IMG/VR virus record: IMGVR_UViG_3300031994_000066
Origin: an uncultured virus (IMG/VR IMGVR_UViG_3300031994_000066)
Taxonomy: Duplodnaviria > Heunggongvirae > Uroviricota > Caudoviricetes
Strand: one strand, 5' to 3'
DNA: 20,000 nucleotides
Shown: positions 1-8,100 of the stretch, in pieces
How positions within the stretch are numbered: the stretch's first letter is position 1
Layout of the letters: the number at the start of each line of letters is the position of its first letter
Notes under the pieces: model-generated
What the model was told of the DNA's origin: nothing
Database searches by the model: none
The model's input: the letters and a program-made list of their open reading frames with translations, nothing else
Program-made: the position numbers and the translations under genes

Positions 1-693
1 GCTGGTATTGACGTATTTGCCGCTCGTACCCTGCGTGAGGGTGACAGACGAAACAGCATCGTACTTACCGAAAGATTCGTGGATGAACTGTGCATCCGAA
101 GCGCTAAACGCGACCAGTTTGCTGGTAGCAGTGCCAAGGAAGCGAGCGTACAGAGCATCCTTGTACACCCAAAGCAGAGCGTCGAGGCTACTGTCATAGG
201 TGACAAGCGCCATGTGGATTTTGTTGTCGGCAGAGCCATCAGCCACCTGACAAGGGGCATAGTTGGCATAGTTGCCGGCGGTCTGTCTGGTCGAGAGATA
301 GGACTTGAAAGCAGCCCAACTCGAAGACGTGGCTGTTGTCATCAGATTGAGAGCGCCGTAGGTAGAAACGAACTCCTTGTACTTGAGTTGTTCGCTCTTC
401 TCATACAGCATTGCCATTGTAACCTCCTCGACATCCTCGCTATCCCAGACACCAGTATGACTGGCAATGAAGCGATAAGCCTTGTTCTCGTAACGCACAA
501 TATCATTGGCATAATACTGTGTCTGCGAGTTAAAGGCGGCAATGTCAAGGATGTTGCGGAACTCTGCGTTGAGATAAGTGTCGAGCTGTTCGACACTCGC
601 TTTCTTCGGAGTGTTACTTCCGTCAGACAACGGAAACACGACGGTCGGAGAAAGGGCATCAATCAACGAAGCGTCTTTGATTTTTACATCCAT
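1..693 (-). CDS. Putative tail fibre / receptor-binding or adhesion protein (5' part; runs off the left edge)
   Basis: Not in the ORF track because it has no stop in the window. Translated by hand from ATG at 693, it is open for 231 codons: MDVKIKDASLIDALSPTVVFPLSDGSNTPKKASVEQLDTYLNAEFRNILDIAAFNSQTQYYANDIVRYENKAYRFIASHTGVWD... The segment AAFNSQTQYYANDIVRYENKAYRF resembles a CBM5/12-type module. It has an AT-rich leader and lies downstream of the tail genes. Confidence 0.6.
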   Translation of the reverse strand, partial: MDVKIKDASLIDALSPTVVFPLSDGSNTPKKASVEQLDTYLNAEFRNILDIAAFNSQTQYYANDIVRYENKAYRFIASHTGVWDSEDVEEVTMAMLYEKSEQLKYKEFVSTYGALNLMTTATSSSWAAFKSYLSTRQTAGNYANYAPCQVADGSADNKIHMALVTYDSSLDALLWVYKDALYARFLGTATSKLVAFSASDAQFIHESFGKYDAVSSVTLTQGTSGKYVNTS

Positions 694-768
694 AATTACT
701 TAATTTAATGTTGGTTAAACTTACTTTTGTTACTTTTCTTGTTGTTGAGACACAGCCTCCCAGCGTGG

Positions 769-1044
769 TTATCGGACTTTTCTGTACCCTCCAATGACGC
801 GACTGCCATCGTCGAAGCACACAGTATCGCCGTTGTCGAACAGAAGCACTGTCGGCTCGGTCGGTACGACACGTTTCTGACCAGCCACGACGTTGCTACC
901 GTCATCCCACAGCATAGGCGAACCGTCATCCCACAGGAGCATGATTTGCTCCACAACGGTCTTGACATCTTCGCCGAATCCGACACCGATACGGCGGGTC
1001 TTGACCGCTGCCAACGACACTTTTCGCAAACCTACTTTTCTCAT
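769..1044 (-). CDS. Small virion adaptor-like protein (91 aa) with four L/C-W/F-D-D/N-G motifs
   Basis: ORF track. The N-terminus has 5-residue periodicity (VGLRK VSLAA VKTRR IGVG), followed by LLWDDGSPMLWDDGSNV and LLFDNGDTVCFDDGSRV. It is co-oriented and compactly packed with its neighbours. Confidence 0.7.
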   Translation of the reverse strand: MRKVGLRKVSLAAVKTRRIGVGFGEDVKTVVEQIMLLWDDGSPMLWDDGSNVVAGQKRVVPTEPTVLLFDNGDTVCFDDGSRVIGGYRKVR

Positions 1045-1090
1045 TTTGTGATTTCTCCTGCTTTACGTTGGTTAGACTAAATGGTTTTCT

Positions 1091-1393
1091 CTACTCGACT
1101 GTGATGTACTCCGCATCCTCGATTGGCAAAAAAGCCTGCAACAGAACCGAAAGACCAGCGGGAATGTCGAGACGGAACATCTTGCTGTTTCCACCCCACA
1201 TATCCACGTTTTCTACGCGGACATAAGGCATAACGCTGGACGTGCGAGCAAGCACATCAACGTAGCACTCCGACGGATTTTTTGCACCATCGCCGAAGTC
1301 TACTTGCATAACAATCTCGTCGCCGTTACTCGTGTACGAGTATTCATAGCGACCGTTTGTTGGGTTTTTGGTGAATGTTACTTTTGTAGCCAT
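1091..1393 (-). CDS. Small beta-rich structural protein (100 aa), possible collar / fibre-anchoring protein
   Basis: ORF track. Alternating hydrophobic pattern typical of beta strands, AT-rich leader, and position between the tail-tube paralog and fibre-like genes. Function is inferred from position. Confidence 0.6.
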   Translation of the reverse strand: MATKVTFTKNPTNGRYEYSYTSNGDEIVMQVDFGDGAKNPSECYVDVLARTSSVMPYVRVENVDMWGGNSKMFRLDIPAGLSVLLQAFLPIEDAEYITVE

Positions 1394-1413
1394 ATTCTTG
1401 AAAATTTATGTTT

Positions 1414-2070
1414 TTAGTTCAACACATTCGAGCCGTCATCCCACAGCATAGCGACGTTGTTATCCCACAGCATATAGCCGTAATTTGAACGCACATCGTA
1501 ATTCTGTGCATTGACCGGCAAGAAGAACACTGTGGACGTTCCAAGCACGGTGTCAGTACCGCCTTGACCATCGTCCACATACACGGTGAATGATTGCTGT
1601 TCTGCTTTTCCTTGGATTGTACCCTCGGCAGAACCAGTCTTCATATTGGCAAATGCAGCCTTGGTGTTCAACTTCAGTTTCGGTATCACAACATTTGGCA
1701 GATTGCGGTCTTGGAACTCCAGTTCCACAACAGCCCAGCGGTCGTGATGCTCCGACGGAGCGAGAAGAACACCGTCATCCTCCACAAAGCCGAATATTTC
1801 CTTGAGAACGTCGTTCTGAAAGTCAATGCAGACGCTCGTGAAATTCACAGCGCCCAACTGAATATTCTCAAACAGAGGCGAGGAATAAAACTCGGCTTCT
1901 TTGGCATTGATAGTATTGTCATCCGGCTCAAGGACAACACTATCAGCAACGATTGCACGAAAATCGTACTTGGTCAACCCAACCGTGTCCTCGTTGATGT
2001 AGGGCGTAATATACAGATGGGTCAACTTTCTGAATATACGCATATTCGAGCCTAAATCTTTTACACCCAT
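1414..2070 (-). CDS. Second tail-tube-like protein (paralog of 10322..10999) with C-terminal LWDNN/LWDDGS motifs
   Basis: Hand alignment with 10322..10999 gives about 78 identities over the first ~156 residues (shared blocks RAIVADS, PLFENI, CIDFQND, IPKLKLN, KTGSAEGT). The C-termini are unrelated. Confidence 0.85.
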   Translation of the reverse strand: MGVKDLGSNMRIFRKLTHLYITPYINEDTVGLTKYDFRAIVADSVVLEPDDNTINAKEAEFYSSPLFENIQLGAVNFTSVCIDFQNDVLKEIFGFVEDDGVLLAPSEHHDRWAVVELEFQDRNLPNVVIPKLKLNTKAAFANMKTGSAEGTIQGKAEQQSFTVYVDDGQGGTDTVLGTSTVFFLPVNAQNYDVRSNYGYMLWDNNVAMLWDDGSNVLN

Positions 2071-2112
2071 ATCGTTATATTTTTAACATTTACAGCGTTA
2101 AAAACGCAACTA

Positions 2113-2152
2113 TTTCAAGTTGCAAAAATACTAATTTTATTTCACTTACAAA
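2113..2152 (-). promoter_or_regulatory. Bacteroidota-type promoter driving the tail-tube-paralog/fibre cassette
   Basis: The minus strand reads TTTG (2152-2149), an 18-nt spacer, then TATTTTTG (2130-2123), matching the -33 TTTG / -7 TAnnTTTG consensus. It lies ~50 nt upstream of the ATG at 2070. Confidence 0.7.
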
Positions 2153-2193
2153 TGGCATAATCGCACTTTTTGGTCTACTACCGAATAAACTTT

Positions 2194-5100
2194 TTACGCA
2201 ACAATTCGTACAGCCATCGTGTTAGCCGTCTGGTTCGGCATTGTGATGTCGCTCAATTTATCCCAAATTCGACGCACATTCTCGTCTATACGGCTCAAGA
2301 TTGCATACGACGCACTCTGCGTTCCAGACAACACAGCATCGCGGATTTGACGCAGCATCATATTATCTTCTGCAATGAAGAAACGTATGCTATTGAGATA
2401 ACCCTCAATAACCTCTGCTGTAGCCTCTGTAATGCCTTGTATACCCTGCTGTAAACCAGACAGAGTGTCGGTTGCATCCATACCGACACCAAGTTCCTCC
2501 CACAGACCTTTCAGAGCCTCGTTCAATTCTGGGAATATCTGTGCCGCTCTCTGACGCACGGCATCCAACTCACTGCGAGTAAATGTGCCGTCCTCGGTCG
2601 CTTGGTCTATCATATCGAACAACGGCTGGAGCATCATATTGGCAATACGCATCGTGGCTTGTTTCTTGAACAGATTCTTGACAAACTCGTCAAAGTTATC
2701 CTGCAATCCGCTCAAGCCATCTCCAGTCTCTTGGAACGCCTGCATCCAAGCGTCAACAAACTCCTCGGATGCAGAACGCCAACTGCTCTCACCGATACCG
2801 CCCCACTCCTGCGTCATCTTCTCACGCAATGCACGTTGCTCCTCATACACCTCATCCATCGAAGCACGATAACCCTCAAGAGCCTCGCTGTCTGGATTTT
2901 TCTTTTTTGCCTCGGCATTGTACTGTTCCTGTAACGCACTCAATTTCGCACTCAACTCATTCATCTGCTTGTTGTAGTTGTCGAAATAGTCATCACGGCT
3001 CATCGCCCTATCCATCTGCTTTTCAAACAACTCAATACGGCGAGAGATATTGGAGAGTTTCTTGTCGAGTTCCTTGATTTCTTTGTCAAGAGTGGCCTCG
3101 TGAATGTCAATATCATCAGATATGATACTGCCGATGGAAGCGACCAGACCTATCCAAGCCGTCACATCAGAACCCTCCGAGGCGATAATCTTTGCGATAT
3201 TACCAATGGCATCTCCAATGTCGTTTGCCATCTGATTTATGCTCGCAACAACTTGGTCGTTGGCTTGATTCATACGGCTGGTCATCTTCATCCAGTTTGT
3301 GTACAGAGATGTTCCGGCATTGATTATTGCCTTGGGGTCGTTTCCAGCTTTCTCAAGAGAGGTAGCAAGACGCTCTTGTGCTTGACGGAAGCGATTAACG
3401 GCACGAGTGTCATCGTCAAGTTGACGCTCCTGCTCACGCAACTGCTCCTCATACTCATCAGCTGCTTTCTTTGCCGCTTGGTATGCTGCATCTGCCTTGA
3501 ATCCATCACCAGCACTGGCTTTTGCCTCTCCGACGCGAGCCTCCAGACGTTGATACTCCAGACGCATTTTAGCCACTTTCTCAAGTTGGGCGCGTTGCTT
3601 TTCAATGGCATTGCTCCTTGCACCTTGAGAGAGTTGCTTCCAGAATACATTAAAGTCATCAGCAAGGTACTTGAACGGATGACGCTTCTGTTCCAACTGG
3701 TCAATCTTGTCAAGTTGCTCTTGGATGTGACGCAATTCGCTTGATGTAAGGTTCTGCTTAATCCCAGGTTCATTGAGGAAATCGACAAGTGTCTTCTTCA
3801 TCTGGTTAAGCGTCTCGTCGGCGATGTTGTCGAGGTCGCTGAACAACATTGTGTACATATCGGAACTCTTGAGGTCGTTCCAGCGAGTCTTTGCAATCTT
3901 CTTCTGGAACTCCTTGTTCGCACCGAGAAGAGCGTTCTCGCGAGCTTTGACCATCTCCTCGTCTTCTCCGGCGAAAGCCTTGTTGATTTCGTTTCGAGCG
4001 TGTTCAAACTCATAGTACGCTTTCTCAACCTCGTTCAGTTCTGCCATCACATATTTAAGATAGGTCTTCATCCTATCTTTCTTCTCCTTATCCTCTATAT
4101 CGGCGAGTTTACGCAACGTCTCTTCACGCTGTTTTGCATCCTCGTCACCGAGTTTTCCGTTTGCATCACGGAGAGTGTTGTAATAATCCTCGACCCTATT
4201 ACGGATGACAGCAACAGTCTGGTCATCTTTCTTGAGACCGAACAACTCATAGAACTCGACTGGAGTACCCATCTTCTCCAACTCTTTGGAGAGATTAAGG
4301 TCGCTCATCCACTGGTCAAAATCCTTTTTGAACTTCTCGCGAGAGTCCTTTCTGTCAGACAGAGTAACTTCAACCTCCATCTGCGAGAGGAACTTCTCAA
4401 ACGCCGGCATATTCTTCTTATTAACAAAGCCGGACTCTTTCATCTTCCTTAATGCCTCAACCAACTGTTGAGTATTCTCACCGCCATTCCAATTCTTCTC
4501 AAGCTGACGCTGGACTTCAGTCCATAAGGCATTTGCTTTTCTGTTTCCAGAGGTCTTACCGAAAGCAGCCTCAAACGCTTTTTTGTATTGAGTGACAATC
4601 TTGTCAGCACTCACGGCGGTCCCGTACAACTCCTTGTTGAGTTTGCGAGCTTCCGAGAACATCTCCTTTAGGACATTCAAACGGTCATTGAACGGGTCTC
4701 TACCGTGACCACCTTTGTTCTTTTCGGGGCCTAAAATCTCATCAGCACGTTCCTTACTCAACTTCTGGAGTTCTTTCAGAGCCGGAAGAATATCTGCGGT
4801 AACACCAGTGATGCTTTCAGCCATCTCCTTACCAGATTTGGCGAGGATGCGCTCATACATCTCAATCTGCTCTTGAATTTCTTTCTGGTTCTTTCTTGCT
4901 GTCTCTCCGACCTTTTTAGCGTTAGAGCCAGCGGTTACAGCAAGTTCGTTGACATAACGCCTCAATGTGGAATTTGTCTTGTCAATCTCCAATGCTTTGA
5001 TTGACTTTTCTGTCTCATCATTCCAAGCCTTTGCCCAATCTTGTCCGAGTTCACTTGATTTCTTTACAAGGTCTTCTTGTTTTTTCTCTATTTCTGTGAT

Positions 5101-8100
5101 AACTGCCGCCAATGCGGTCTTATACGCATCATCAGTAGTAGAGTTGTATTCGTTTTGAAGCTCCTCCCTTTTGTTAGCAAGAGTTTTTGCTTGTTCATCA
5201 TAGAGTGCAAGTTGTTTCTCAATCGCAATATTCTGCATTTCTATCGCATCATGCACCGTCTCGTCGTTATCGACACCAAAGAACTCCGCGTTCTTTTCTG
5301 CCAATGCAGCGATGTTTATGCCGTACTTTTCTTGTTCTTTCAGTCGTTCAAGTTCGGCTTTTTCTGCATCAGTTCTCTCTTCTGCGGTTTTGGCTTCAAG
5401 TTCGGCTATTCTTCTTTGCGTTTCCTTGAGAGCAACAACTTTTTTGGCTATAGTGTTATATGAGTTGATGGTGGCAGCAAGTTCCTCCTCTTTTTGTTTT
5501 GCATCTTCCTCGAAATCTTGAAGAGTTTTTAGTTTTTCCACCTTATTTTCGAGAGATTCTATCTGCTTTTCGTAACCTTGTATGGTTGCATCATTGCCAC
5601 CATTTTTCTTTGCTTGTTCTGCTTTAATCTGTTCCCTCAAATCATTGATTTGAGTTACATATTGACCACCGACAGTTGACTCGTCAAAACGAGCATTTAC
5701 TGTCTGAACTTGACCAACAAGTTTTGAATAGTCATCGATTAGGTCTCGGATGTTTATATCTATCTTACCGTTCTGTTCTGATATTTTTGGGTCTAATATC
5801 TTACCAGTGGTTTGCGTTACAATTTCTTGCAGTTTACTCCAAGCCTCTTGATATGTCGCAACCTTACCCTGGTCAAGCATATCGTCCATCCAAGCCTTAA
5901 ATTGAGAGGCTATTCTCTCTGATTGAGTGTTCGTAAATTCAATAGTGTTGCCACTTGCATCCCTATTATCCCCTCGCATAAATCCCTCTCCGCGAATGGC
6001 CTCTGCAATATCTTCTCTGTCAGTCTCAATCTCATTACTCATATCATTCTTCACATTCTCAATAGCCTCTTGTCTTGCTTTCTCCGTCTTATAGTTACGA
6101 ATAGCAGCCTCCGCAGCCTTGTAACCATCAGTAATGGACTCCAGATAACCGATTTCGAGCATATAGGCAGGTAGTATCTCCGCATACTGCGCTCTCAAGG
6201 AATTATAAGCCTCGTTTCTCTCCTCCTCTGTCTTTGCTGTCTTTGTTATAGCATCAGCCAGTCGTTTGAAGTTAGATACGGAATCCTCAATGTCATCCTC
6301 GTTCTTTTTTAGAGATTTATCAAGGTTTTCATTGAATTTGCGTATTTCGTCATTAGCACCTTTTATTTTGTTGTACAACTGGTAAATTGCCATTCCGATT
6401 GCCAATATCCAACCAACTGGATTACTTGCAAACATAGCAGTAATACCTTTCCATAAAGCGGAGAAAGCTCTTCCTATATTTTTTATTCCAACGACCAGTG
6501 TCTTAAACGACAATGACAGCATACTCATTGTTCTTGTGGTTTCCACACCAGCAGCATTTACAGCCGTTATTGTCGCCTTGAATCCAAGCCAAGACAAATT
6601 TATAGATTTTAGTGTCAAGCCTTGTGTTTTCAAGGCCGCGTTTAACACTTTTGTTCCAGTCGTGGTAGAATACACTCTTTCGAGAGCAAGAGCCATCCTC
6701 GTCTCAACATTCGATATTGCAATACTTATTGATTTTAATATCGGTATTACAACCTTAAACATCAAGAAATAATCAAAAACTGGTCGCATTACTTTCACTA
6801 TTTCTTTCCAGTTTCTTGTCATATTAAGCAATAGTGAAACAATGTCTTTTATTGTTCCCTGACTTGTCTCTCCAATGTCATTCAACATAATGTCAAAAGC
6901 ATCACGCAGTTTCATCACTTGACCACGGACGGTTTCAGATTGAATCTCCTGCATATTGTAAAAGACACCACCCTCATCAGTGAGACGTTTGAATACCTCT
7001 GCGACATCCTCAAACGAAACCATACGCTTCGATACTCGCTCAACAACGTCGGCGGTTGATACGGCTCTACCCTCAATCTCGGAGAAGTATTTGGAGAGTT
7101 CACCGTACATATTGATACCAGCTTCCGTAAACTGTCGAACCTCGGATGCACGGAGGTAAGCGGCGGCTTTCACCTGACCATAAGCGAGGATAAGACGCTG
7201 CATATCAACACCAAGACCAGCCGAAATGTCAGCCAGACGCTTAGTTGTGTCTGTCAATTTGTCTGTCTCAATACGGTAAGCAGCCAACTGTTTCGTGTAC
7301 GTCACCAACTGTTTGACGGAGAACGGAGATTTAAGTGCATTTTGCACCGTCTCGTTCCATATCTGTTGACCCATGAGAGAGTCTTGCACAATAGCTTTCA
7401 AAGCCACCTCTTGCAGTTCAAACTCACCTCGTATCTCAACTATTTTACGAGCAAATTGAGAAACGGATTGCAATGAGAACATTATTCCGAAGCCTTGTGC
7501 AAGTTGTGAAACGGTATTGACGAGACCTTTTGAACTGTTATTAAAGATACCCATTTGTTTATCACAATCACGTATCTTCTTCTCTATTCTCTTCAATTCA
7601 TTCGACAGTTGGCGAGCTTCGTTCTTTGTTAGTTCGGTGTTCTGGAGGACGTTACGAATATTGTCGGCAGCAAATTTCAACTGTTGGTATGTGGTGGCAA
7701 CACGAGCGTTCTCTCTCGCCCAAGCAGCGGTAGCCATCATCGCTTCATTCGTGCGACGGCGTATCTCGCCAGTTTGCTTTGCAGCATAATCGAGTTTCGC
7801 TTGGTCGGATGCACTCTTGAATAATTGCGTGTTGGCAATAGACTCTCTGTCTTTCTTGATTTGCTTCAGTCGCTTGTCAATAGACTCAAGGTGCTTCTCG
7901 TCAGCATCGGTCATTGACCTATTCTGCAATTCCTTGCGAATAGTTTGCTGTTCGCGGAGAAGCCGGTTCTCCTCCTCGTACAACTTAATCTGTGTACGAT
8001 AAGCACCAGATACGGTAGTGACATCACCAGTGGTCGAACCAAGAGACACTTTCGGAGCGTTCTGTTTTGCGAGGTCTCGTTCAGCTCTGATTTTGTTCTC

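Noticed and set aside
722..729. Plus-strand TACTTTTG resembling an antisense -7 box
   Set aside because: It lacks the following CA and GAAA seen in the four supported promoters and is part of a short ttactttt tandem in an AT-rich leader.
79..1080. Plus-strand ORFs 79..708 and 727..1080, and minus-strand 342..662 and 705..986
   Set aside because: They overlap the better-supported minus-strand genes 1..693 and 769..1044 in other frames or on the other strand.
899..1474. CRISPR-like or DGR template/variable repeat reading of the ccgtcatcccacag repeats
   Set aside because: The repeats are short, in frame inside coding sequence and irregularly spaced. There is no adenine-specific mismatch pattern and no cas or reverse transcriptase gene in the window.
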